From the IMG/VR virus record IMGVR_UViG_3300050343_000185: DNA of 64,000 nucleotides, one strand, 5' to 3'. The notes under the pieces are model-generated. The model searched no databases, had not been told where the DNA came from, and saw nothing but the letters and a program-made list of their open reading frames with translations. Positions 52,216 through 60,420 of this stretch are shown here, in pieces (the first letter of the stretch is position 1; every line of letters begins with the position of its first letter). The translations under genes were made by a program, and so were the position numbers. The DNA comes from a virus.

Positions 52216-52543
52216 TTAAGCAAACTCGACGAATGTGTAACCGTTCACGAAATCATGGGTGACTTTGTTGTCACGAACGAACCACTGATAATCCTTCTGA
52301 AAGACACCATCAGTGAACGCATTGCAGAACTCGTTGATGATAGCGTTGAGACGTGATTTGGTTGTGTTTGACTGCCATACCCACCATCAAAGATGCGAAC
52401 AAAATCATCACCAACCTCAGCAATCTTGTTGCCATGCAGGCGAACCTCTGACACACCATCCTCAGTGATAACTGATGTGTTGGCGTTGTCCAGTTCTTGT
52501 TTGCCTTGATGGCGGCGTTCATGTTGGATTCGATCTTACGCAT
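52216..52543 (-). CDS. Conserved cyanophage early protein (two frameshifts)
   Basis: MRKIESNMNAAIKANKNW / NANTSVITEDGVSEVRLHGNKIAEVG..DGG / QSNTTKSRLNAII... Confidence 0.65.
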
Positions 52544-52618
52544 GAGAGTCGTTGGTTGTTTGTCTTGAATGAATAATAGTTGCAGGGATGGGGGGCAATT
52601 GCAACCCCCTGTGTGACA

Positions 52619-52804
52619 CTAGGTGGACTGGTTGCTTTCGTCCACGTCTAGCATGATCATCATGGCAAGATCGCAGAGGTTGTCGTCTGCCTCAAAGGGG
52701 ACGATCTGCGAGTCTACAAAATCCATGACCATTTCAAAGTCTGCCTCAGGGTTGCTGATGCAGAACCCTCTGATGTCTGATGCGATGTTGTTGAGTTTGT
52801 CCAT
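52619..52804 (-). CDS. Early hypothetical protein (61 aa)
   Basis: ORF directly behind a dyad promoter. Confidence 0.65.
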   Translation of the reverse strand: MDKLNNIASDIRGFCISNPEADFEMVMDFVDSQIVPFEADDNLCDLAMMIMLDVDESNQST

Positions 52805-52863
52805 GTGTCTACAATACAGGGTTTAGAGTGCTGTGCCTATTTTGTGTGGCACTAGGTCAACTG

Positions 52864-53055
52864 TCACAGTCCGTTGAGATAGTCTGCCAGTTCCTCTTCA
52901 TACTGTTCCTTGGTGTCAAAGGTGCGACCATGGATCACCCGTGGGTACGTGGCATCAAGACCAGCAGCAGCGACCATCTCACAGTCTGCCCGATCGTATC
53001 CCATCTCAACCAGGTTGTTGACGTATGGGTTGTTGCTTGGTGTTTCGTTGTTCAT
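52864..53055 (-). CDS. Early hypothetical protein (63 aa)
   Basis: MNNETPSNNPYVNNLVEMGYDRADC...FDTKEQYEEELADYLNGL; ATG 6 nt after the -10 box. Confidence 0.7.
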   Translation of the reverse strand: MNNETPSNNPYVNNLVEMGYDRADCEMVAAAGLDATYPRVIHGRTFDTKEQYEEELADYLNGL

Positions 53056-53142
53056 GTGTATACAATACAGGATCTGAGGGACGAAATCAACCGATAGTGG
53101 ACAGTTCAGCAATTGGAGCGAAGCGGCTGACCTGGATAACAT

Positions 53143-53352
53143 TTAGTGGACCTCATCTAGCAGCAGTTTGTGACATCTATCTGCCTCTTCTAATGTATCA
53201 TCATCTAGTTCATCGAATTCAACATACTCATAAGCACCACGGTTTGATTCAACATTGCCATCAGATAGCAACGGGTGATACATAAGAATTCTCTGATGAT
53301 TACCATCCAATGTGTATACTAACTCGTTTGCCTTTGAATAGATGAAAACCAT
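53143..53352 (-). CDS. Early hypothetical protein (69 aa)
   Basis: Clean ORF behind a dyad promoter. Confidence 0.7.
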   Translation of the reverse strand: MVFIYSKANELVYTLDGNHQRILMYHPLLSDGNVESNRGAYEYVEFDELDDDTLEEADRCHKLLLDEVH

Positions 53353-53416
53353 GAAAAAATCCCGAACATGTATATACTACACGAACGGGATTGAAAATCA
53401 AGTGATAGTGGACAGT

Positions 53417-53572
53417 TCAATAAGTGTCATCATACTCATTGACTTCTCGTTTAAACTTGCTTACCTTCTTTTTAGATGAACGTTTGACGTTTTTCACATC
53501 ATATCCAAAGTCTTCAAACTCATCGATGAATTGTTGCTTTGGATTGTCAGATTGATTGGATCGTTTACTCAT
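53417..53572 (-). CDS. Small charged protein (51 aa, not in the ORF track)
   Basis: MSKRSNQSDNPKQQFIDEFEDFGYDVKNVKRSSKKKVSKFKREVNEYDDTY. Confidence 0.6.
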   Translation of the reverse strand: MSKRSNQSDNPKQQFIDEFEDFGYDVKNVKRSSKKKVSKFKREVNEYDDTY

Positions 53573-53609
53573 TGTCTTGTTTGAATTGTTAACTCAATTG
53601 ATGGCAAGA

Positions 53610-53855
53610 TTATTTAGATTCAACAATCAAACCCTCTTTGATTTGATTGTGTAAGAACCGCCCAACACTGCCTCCTGTCTTCAATTCAACTGATATCAGT
53701 TCTTTACACAAAGTATCTTCAAATACTTGTATATTACTGCAGTTAAATGTATATTCTTTGTCTATATTACTATTATATGTTACTATAACAGTGTTATCAA
53801 CAATATTAATCGATTTAATAGCTGAACTGATTAAATTGTTGTACATCTTAGTCAT
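53610..53855 (-). CDS. KTSC-like small protein
   Basis: SSAIKSI...VIVTYNSN..KEYTF...GSVGRFLHNQIKEG resembles the KTSC pattern SS.I.SI...V.F...Y.Y...S.G.F. Confidence 0.55.
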   Translation of the reverse strand: MTKMYNNLISSAIKSINIVDNTVIVTYNSNIDKEYTFNCSNIQVFEDTLCKELISVELKTGGSVGRFLHNQIKEGLIVESK

Positions 53856-53859
53856 TTGG

Positions 53860-53989
53860 AGTTAAATGAAGTGATTTAAAAAGGAAAAAAAAGGAAAAAA
53901 CTTAAAAAAAGAACTTTCTCAGTTTCTTAAGTTTTTAAAAAAGTCGTTTTTTTGACTTTTTAAGATTTTGAGAAAACCTCGAAACCCAT
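53860..53989 (-). other. Extremely AT-rich non-coding tract with two inverted repeats (leader, ncRNA or origin candidate)
   Basis: Stems AAAAAGTC/GACTTTTT and AAAAACTTAA/TTAAGTTTTT followed by T runs, directly behind the TATAAT dyad promoter. Confidence 0.4.
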
Positions 53990-54177
53990 GAATCTATTAT
54001 AACGTGCTTTGAGTGTTTCTGAGGGGTCTGTGTGCCACTTGGAGGTCTGTCACATGCTTTCTTGACTTTCGAGTGGTAGCGTGCTAAGCCAACATCTCCA
54101 GCGCACCTTACCTATATTTTTTTAATGATTAATAAACAGTTGGGTAGTATCCAATACTATCATTGAAACCCTTGCTA

Positions 54178-54369
54178 TCACTGGTGCGCTTCTGGTATGT
54201 ATAGATCATGAACAATTACTGTTTGGTTAGTAATAGTTTGTTGCCACCAATATGCTCTCAGTTGTTCATAATCATCAAATCTTTTGTTGTTGATAGTGTA
54301 GTAATGTCTATCGTAAGGTTTGTCTGATGTTGATGTAAACCAGGTGTTATTAGTTGTTGTTGGTGTCAT
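54178..54369 (-). CDS. Conserved cyanophage hypothetical protein
   Basis: FTSTSDKPYDRHYY...FDDYEQLRAYWW. Confidence 0.7.
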   Translation of the reverse strand: MTPTTTNNTWFTSTSDKPYDRHYYTINNKRFDDYEQLRAYWWQQTITNQTVIVHDLYIPEAHQ

Positions 54370-54685
54370 ACTCTTTCTTTGTTTTGAAGTATAGTTTGTA
54401 GTATGGACGTTTGATTTGTTCGAGTGTGTTCATGTCATGTTCAAACCCCATATATTTGAGGAGTTGGTATGATCCTTCGAGTTCAGAGATTGAGTCTTAG
54501 TATGTTAGCAGGGTGTCTAGGTAGACCATTAAACTGGTACTTTGCCAGTGAATTGGTAGCATTTGTATTTGGGTTTGTATCTGTCAATGTATTTCTGAGC
54601 ATGATGTGTGCAAGTGAACCAACAACGTTTGTTATCAGTTAGATCATGTAAGAAGATAGGGAACGTTTCGTGATAGGGGAATTGA

Positions 54686-54919
54686 TCAAAACTTACGAGA
54701 GTTGAGTACTGTAAGTGTATTGTCTGATTGCTTCTTCTTTCGCTTCGTACCAGTTGTGAGGTTTTTGTATTCTGAGATAAGGATTGCATCGTCTTGGATT
54801 TCCCAAGTGATTTCTGTTCCTTCTTTCCACCCGAGTTCTTGACAGAGTTCGTCTGGGATTTCGATGAAGAAGTCATCCGAGTCATTGCATTCTTGTATAG
54901 TAGTAATAAATTTAGACAT
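54686..54919 (-). CDS. AbrB/MazE-like (swapped-hairpin) DNA-binding protein
   Basis: FIEIPDELCQELGWKEGTEITWEIQDDAILIS. Confidence 0.65.
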   Translation of the reverse strand: MSKFITTIQECNDSDDFFIEIPDELCQELGWKEGTEITWEIQDDAILISEYKNLTTGTKRKKKQSDNTLTVLNSRKF

Positions 54920-55063
54920 TTTGATCTATGATAGTATACCAACGGAGACGACGATCATGTTGTTTTAACGATTGAATAATAAACCATTCACTAGCAGTTG
55001 AGTTAATGGTGTGAGTAGTGTATCCACCATCAATGTATTCAATCGTAACAACATATCGATGTC

Positions 55064-55734
55064 TCATTCAATGTAACCGTTCTGTTCTAAGTATTTACGT
55101 GTCAAGGGAGTTGGTTCATATACTTCCCACATATTACCACCAGCACATGCTGCAAGAGCATTCATTGTCATATTTTCAGTACGACCTGCCCAACCTGCTT
55201 CTGCTTCCCAAGGTAATGCTGACTTAGGATATGTACGTTCTGCTAATACACGCCAGATCATAGGAACTTCATCCTCTGGCATAATAATAGCAATGAGTGA
55301 GTTATCAATAGTTCCTGCCATACAATCTTGTGCAGCGTGCCATCCTTCATGTCTCATCACCATCATCAGAGTACCAGGTTTACCCATATAATCCTTATTC
55401 AGGAAGAAGTTATTGGATACTGTGTGATAGACACCACGATGACCTGAGGGAAATACTTTTGATCAGCAAGGAATACATTCACACCAACTTGATTGAGTGA
55501 GTGTAACATATTATGAAACTCACCAGTGACACTCGTGAATTCTTCAGTGTTATCATACTGTGATGAGATATCAAGCATCGAGTATACTTTCGTGACACCA
55601 TCAGTGCATTCACCTAATAACATACAACCCATACTATCCATGGAGTTGTATCCTTGAGTGATCTTACTATCATCAGCAAATGCTGGTGTAGTAAGAGTTA
55701 ATGCTGCTGCTAGTAATACATTACGTAGTTTCAT
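55064..55734 (-). CDS. Signal-peptide-bearing HExxH metallopeptidase-like protein (~223 aa, frameshift near 55447)
   Basis: MKLRNVLLAAALTLTTPAFA signal; the joined frame gives GHRGVYHTVSNNFFLN...MRHEGWHAAQDC...EAEA (671+1=672 nt). Confidence 0.65.
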
Positions 55735-55852
55735 TTTGTTGCCCTTGTGCTTTGATTTGTTCAAGTATTTGTTCAGAGTCAGCATAACGTTGTTCATTAC
55801 ATGCTGTCATGTATTGTACAATGAGATCACGCATCTCATCTGTAATAGGTAA

Positions 55853-56107
55853 TCATCCATCAATTTCAGGGAGTGAGAGATACAAGTTCAAGAGATCATC
55901 CTCATTATAGAATGCAGTCTCTTCCTTCTCCATACCATCAGGGTCCATCCATTCAAAGAACTCATCAGCAAGTGCTAGTGCCTTGTCAATCTCATCATTT
56001 GCCATGAAATAACGGAAACGTTCCACACACCAGTCATAGATGTCATCACGTTGTTCTGAGAGACGATCAACAGTTGCAGCGTCGTCAGTGATTTTGTAGT
56101 TGCTCAT
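55853..56107 (-). CDS. Hypothetical protein (84 aa)
   Basis: Clean acidic ORF in the early cluster. Confidence 0.7.
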   Translation of the reverse strand: MSNYKITDDAATVDRLSEQRDDIYDWCVERFRYFMANDEIDKALALADEFFEWMDPDGMEKEETAFYNEDDLLNLYLSLPEIDG

Positions 56108-56663
56108 GATTTGGTAGCGAAGAGAATGTTGGCGAGGTGATCGTATTGAACGAATTCTACATCCTTAGGGAGTAGAGAGACGGCAGCAGCAGCAAAATCG
56201 TTAGGAAACTTCTTGAACAAGCGCCAATACTTCTGAACACCATCATAATCTAGATCTTCACGCGGAAGAACACGGATCTCCCACGCTCCACGAGTGTAAC
56301 GATTAGGATACGGTTGGATGTAATTCCTTGATGTGATCTGATAGCATGTTCATTTGACAAAGACCTCGTTGAGTTTGGTGTGTTCTTCAGTTAGTTTAGC
56401 AATCTTGTTGCATGTGATATGCTACATGTATGCAAGATACTCTTGCTCTTCTTCATCAACTTCATCATAAGCAATGTCATAGCAGTCATCAATATCAACA
56501 GTGTTATCATCATAACACGTCATGCCATACATGGTATCCGTAGAAGAATCCATCGCATAGGCATTACCAGCAGCAACGAGATAGAACATAGAACGCGGGG
56601 AGTGAAAGCAGGGTGAATTTAGTATACTATGTATTTCAAAATTGATGAATGTGTCAACGTTTT

Positions 56664-57126
56664 TCACCCTGATATTATGCGTTCTTGATACAGATAACCT
56701 CCTGCCCAATCAGCATTCTCAAGCAAATTCACGCTCTGTGATGATACGAAGATCAAAACGCACTCCCTTAGCAGGTGCTTTGATAGATGCTGCTTTGTAT
56801 ACTTCACCAGTCTTCTTGTCAATGAAGCAGTGAACACTACGCGATTACCACCATCAGTAGTCATCATCACCTTGTGATACTTACGACCAGTGTCAACAGT
56901 GAAACGATAAGCACCAATGTTATTCTTCAGGTCAGCAATCTTCTGCTCATGATACTCTTTGTCATCAGGGATGCCATGAAAGAACTCTTGCACGACGGAT
57001 GCTCTCGTTCACGAAGTCTTGCTCTAGTGCTTGACAGAGACGGAATGTGTGCCCTAGGATCGCTTGTGCGATGTCCTTACGTGCCTCAGCAGATGCAGCG
57101 TAGTCAGCGAAGGTGGTGGCAGTCAT
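56664..57126 (-). CDS. Conserved phage protein (several frameshifts)
   Basis: MTATTFADYAA... / DTGRKYHKV / SVHCFIDKKTGEVYKAASIKAPAKGVRFDL / ENADWAGGYLY, spread across frames. Confidence 0.6.
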
Positions 57127-57161
57127 GTGTGTTTGTTTGTGTGAACTTAGTATAGGGCAGA

Positions 57162-57412
57162 TTAGGCGTTGCGGATCTCACCACCGACCACTACGTCAGC
57201 TGGCACACGAGAGACAGTGTAGCGACGGATCTGACCCTCAAACTGTCTCCATGCCTCAACAGTCTCGTTCACGATGCGGTTGTGCTGACGATCCATGCCC
57301 TTAGCAGTGGTACACTTGCCTTCCTTGCGGAAATAGATGATAGGGTTGCTGGGGACGCATCAGTGTCGATCTCGATCTTGTAGAAGGAGTGCTTGACGAC
57401 TGTGGTGGTCAT
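57162..57412 (-). CDS. Early hypothetical protein (frameshifted)
   Basis: MTTTVVKHSFYKIEIDT / IIYFRKEGKCTTAKGMDRQHNRIVNETVEAWRQF... Confidence 0.5.
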
Positions 57413-57481
57413 GTGGTGTGTCCCGTGCTGATGAATATAGTATAGGGCATTTGGATGCCCTGTGTGCGTTCAGTGGACAGT

Positions 57482-57697
57482 TCACGAGGTGGTCAGTCGA
57501 GACATGCTGATCATGAATAGGAAGACTACCATGATCACCACATCCCATGATTTTGTTCTGATGAAGTATGGGATGCTAATCAGATCAGCAACACAATTCA
57601 ACATCACACCAGCGATCACATTCACATGAAGAATCACAAAATAGGCAGTGATAACACCAACGCTGCCTAATACTCTTGCTTTACTATCGAGTTTCAT
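57482..57697 (-). CDS. Small membrane protein (about 3 TM helices)
   Basis: Hydrophobic segments RVLGSVGVITAYFVIL / VIAGVMLNCVADLISIPYFI / WDVVIMVVFLFMISM. Confidence 0.7.
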   Translation of the reverse strand: MKLDSKARVLGSVGVITAYFVILHVNVIAGVMLNCVADLISIPYFIRTKSWDVVIMVVFLFMISMSRLTTS

Positions 57698-57856
57698 TCA
57701 TAGTAGATCCAATGCTTCTGGTGATAGTTCATCACTAGCACTCTGACGCCAGTTCTTATTCACCTTGTCAAAGTCTTCTACAATATCCCATGCTGGTTGA
57801 GCATCATCGATGTTCTCCAGAATCCAACGGTCGAGCATTACTTCAGAAATAGACAT
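57698..57856 (-). CDS. Hypothetical protein (52 aa, not in the ORF track)
   Basis: MSISEVMLDRWILENIDDAQPAWDIVEDFDKVNKNWRQSASDELSPEALDLL; abuts both neighbours. Confidence 0.55.
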   Translation of the reverse strand: MSISEVMLDRWILENIDDAQPAWDIVEDFDKVNKNWRQSASDELSPEALDLL

Positions 57857-57858
57857 GA

Positions 57859-58140
57859 TTAATCAGTTGATACGAATGATTTGAGTAGTGGCATAGCAGA
57901 GTATGCCGTAGTGTTGCTTACGTCTACAGTTTTACCTGGACGTTTGTGGTTAATTGGGGCAATGTAACATTGTTTCTTAGTGTTGTAGAATCCCCAGATC
58001 GATCGGACAGGCTCATTAGTGTAACTAAACCGAGCATGATTCCGAATCCAAATGCCAACGACGTTGGACTTATGTTCATGAATCTCATAGGTGAAACCTT
58101 CTGGTGGTTGATGAGGGAAATCAGATGGTAGTTCTGTCAT
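57859..58140 (-). CDS. Conserved cyanophage hypothetical protein (93 aa)
   Basis: LPSDFPHQPPEGFTYE...IWGFYNTK...PINHKRPGK..TTAYSAMP. Confidence 0.8.
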   Translation of the reverse strand: MTELPSDFPHQPPEGFTYEIHEHKSNVVGIWIRNHARFSYTNEPVRSIWGFYNTKKQCYIAPINHKRPGKTVDVSNTTAYSAMPLLKSFVSTD

Positions 58141-58301
58141 TAAAGATCAGCATGGAGCATCTCATCAACAGTCATCTCAAGTTCTGCTGCTCGCAGTTCT
58201 AATGCATCCATACCAGCAGTGTCATCATCATGCAGATCAATCATGTCAGTGTCAATATGCTTGGTGAACTTACCAAAGAGTTTATCAAGAAAAGAGATCA
58301 T
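58140..58301 (-). CDS. Hypothetical protein (53 aa, not in the ORF track)
   Basis: MISFLDKLFGKF...ELRAAELEMTVDEMLHADL; TAATG overlap. Confidence 0.55.
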   Translation of the reverse strand: MISFLDKLFGKFTKHIDTDMIDLHDDDTAGMDALELRAAELEMTVDEMLHADL

Positions 58302-58439
58302 TTACGAACTGTTTGTTGCTGGATTGTTGAGTCATAGTAGTTCATCATCTTGGCATCACGCTGTGCTAAGAATAGCAGATAGCAAGTGATAGTGACAAAG
58401 GCAAAGATGCCACTTAGGAGAAACTGTGTGTACCTCTCA

Positions 58440-58690
58440 TCAAACTGCCATCGGGGTGTACTCAGAGCGAGGCATCTGCTCAACGTTGTAACCTGTGACC
58501 TCAGCACCGTTAGCGATACGCTCTGCCCACTCGTTACGTGCTGTGAGCATGGTGACAGTGCTGTAAGACTTGAGACCGTTAGATTCCAGGTGACACGCTT
58601 CTGGAAACGCTTGACGATCACGCCGTCCTCTTCAGCGATGAATGCTTCAGGAAAGAAGTCAACAGTGGTGACGAGTGTGGTGAGTTGCAT
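58440..58690 (-). CDS. Early hypothetical protein (one frameshift)
   Basis: MQLTTLVTTVDFFPEAFIAEEDGVIVKRFQKRVTW / SNGLKSYSTVTMLTARNEWAERIANGAEV. Confidence 0.55.
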
Positions 58691-58725
58691 GTGGTGTGTT
58701 CCTTTGACTCTCTTAATATACACGG

Positions 58726-58905
58726 TTATGGGGTGCTGTGCGCGTTTGGTAGACAGTTCTCAAACTGGTTGTAAAGGGCAGCATCGTTGATTCCATTCTT
58801 TACCATACAGTCGGTTGAATATCCGAGAGGACACCCAACCATAAGATCCATCACGTATCGGATCTCAGAGGGCGTTAGAGGCACTTCTATAGTCTGGTCA
58901 GTCAT
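58726..58905 (-). CDS. Hypothetical protein (59 aa), third gene of the nuclease-MTase operon
   Basis: MTDQTIEVPLTPSEIRYVMDLMVGCPLGY...; ATGA overlap with the MTase stop. Confidence 0.55.
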   Translation of the reverse strand: MTDQTIEVPLTPSEIRYVMDLMVGCPLGYSTDCMVKNGINDAALYNQFENCLPNAHSTP

Positions 58906-59786
58906 AAGTGGTTCAAGACGCTTGTGGGCGATTGTGGAGGGGTCTCAGGACACACTGATCTTAGTCGATCTGATGCGATTTGGCAATAGTGCTCATCAGA
59001 ATCAATTCCAATGAAGTTTCTATCAATACCTAGAGCAGCAACGCCAGTTGTTCCACTGCCACAAAATGGGTCAAGTACGGTAGAATTAATGGGAGAATAG
59101 ATTTTGATAAGATACTCCATCAAACTCACGGGTTTAACTGTAGGATGATCGTTATCTTGTCCCTTCTCTTTACGTGTGGCACGAGGAGCATAGAAATACT
59201 TTTGATGCTCATGTTGTACATCACCAATGATATTTGATGGATAGCGTCCATCAGGATTAGCATCTACAGTTCCATACTCTTTCTGTGTACCTGTAGTTTT
59301 ACCATCTTTACCAAATGTGCGACGTTTAGCACCTTGTGCCACCCAACCAGTAGGAGGTTTCTTATCCCACGGAATACGAGTGTTAGTTGTATCAATCATT
59401 CCGCATCCCCATTCCTCAAAGTTATCCTTGAGCGTACCTTTGTACGGTTTCTGTGCTACGACAATGGGTTCGTGTGCGGGTTTAAGTTTATTATACTTGG
59501 GCATCTTGGTGGTAGTCATCCACATGATCTGGTCTTTAATGATAAATCCCGCGTCTTCTACATTACATGCGAGTCTATGATACAATTCAGGAGAACAGAA
59601 CGCAAGACAGAACGCACCAGGGCGAAGTGTACGATATACTTCACGCCAGATGTCTACATCAGGAACAGAATGATCCCAATGATCCATACCCATACCATAC
59701 GGAGGGTCAGTAATACAAGAATGAAAAAAGTTCTCCCCATAAGTGGAGAGAACAGATTGGCAGTTACCAGTTAAAATTGAGAACAT
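58902..59786 (-). CDS. Beta-class amino (N6-A/N4-C) DNA methyltransferase
   Basis: CITDPPY (motif IV) near the N-terminus; HPTVKP...VLDPFCGSGTTG (motif I) near the C-terminus; likely start MFSILTGN at 59786. Confidence 0.92.
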   Translation of the reverse strand: MFSILTGNCQSVLSTYGENFFHSCITDPPYGMGMDHWDHSVPDVDIWREVYRTLRPGAFCLAFCSPELYHRLACNVEDAGFIIKDQIMWMTTTKMPKYNKLKPAHEPIVVAQKPYKGTLKDNFEEWGCGMIDTTNTRIPWDKKPPTGWVAQGAKRRTFGKDGKTTGTQKEYGTVDANPDGRYPSNIIGDVQHEHQKYFYAPRATRKEKGQDNDHPTVKPVSLMEYLIKIYSPINSTVLDPFCGSGTTGVAALGIDRNFIGIDSDEHYCQIASDRLRSVCPETPPQSPTSVLNHL

Positions 59787-60297
59787 TAGACTCACAAAGT
59801 TGACGATCAGAGTGCTTGAAATAGTTGGTACGCTTCCAACCACCAGATTGAGTGAACATGTTACGAATGTAAAAATTAAATCCACGGTTGTCATCCTGCC
59901 ACTCTGGCATCGCTTGATACTTGTCAAGAACTAACTGAAGTTCAGCAATCAGACAAGCGAACAATTCACGCTTACGATTAGAAACTACATCATCTGAAAA
60001 ATAGATGGTAGTCTCGTTGTATTTGGATGAACTGAATACATAAACAGTGCCTGACTTAGGCAAACCACCATTATATGTGGGATATGCTTGCTTAGAAGAC
60101 TTACACTCAATGTCAACAGTCTTGCCGTTGTCAAGAGTTACACGGAAATCAGGAGAGTTCTGAGGACCATTTGGTTGCCAAACGTATTTGTAACCAAACT
60201 TGTCAAGCAATGCCATGACTTGATTCTCATGAAGAGGATTATCCTGAGAGTTAGTCGTGAAAGGAAGAAGGAGTACTTCTGACCAGAATTTTTTCAT
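59764..60297 (-). CDS. PD-(D/E)xK nuclease, putative type II restriction endonuclease
   Basis: SPDFRV...DIECKSSK catalytic pattern; overlaps the MTase start by 23 nt. Confidence 0.65.
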   Translation of the reverse strand: MKKFWSEVLLLPFTTNSQDNPLHENQVMALLDKFGYKYVWQPNGPQNSPDFRVTLDNGKTVDIECKSSKQAYPTYNGGLPKSGTVYVFSSSKYNETTIYFSDDVVSNRKRELFACLIAELQLVLDKYQAMPEWQDDNRGFNFYIRNMFTQSGGWKRTNYFKHSDRQLCESNVLNFNW

Positions 60298-60378
60298 TTG
60301 TTTTTACTTTTGAATGTCTCGGACTTAATTGCCCGTTGTACAGTGGAGTCTTTAGGGCGCTTCCTCTCCCATGAACCT

Positions 60379-60407
60379 AATATACACCAGTTTGAGGTCT
60401 GTGTCAA
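60379..60407 (-). promoter_or_regulatory. Consensus sigma70 promoter TTGACA-17-TATATT
   Basis: -35 at 60402-60407, -10 at 60379-60384, 17-bp spacer; dyad at 60414-60435. Confidence 0.8.
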
Positions 60408-60420
60408 CCCCCTAGTCCAG

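Noticed and set aside
54529-54942. 137-aa track ORF taken as one gene
   Set aside because: Its N-terminal part is the alternative frame of the AbrB-like gene. Only the C-terminal part (FPYHETFPI...CWFTC..HAQKYIDRY) looks protein-like, and its start cannot be fixed.
56340-56424. In-frame TAG in the ORF starting ~56589, with the frame continuing as HITCNKIAK..., as possible stop-codon read-through or recoding
   Set aside because: It is a single instance in an error-rich region, and TAG acts as a normal stop elsewhere (e.g. 51498, 51773).
59787-59927. 47-aa N-terminal extension of the methyltransferase
   Set aside because: It is an out-of-frame read of the nuclease gene. The MTase fold begins at MFSILTGN (59786).
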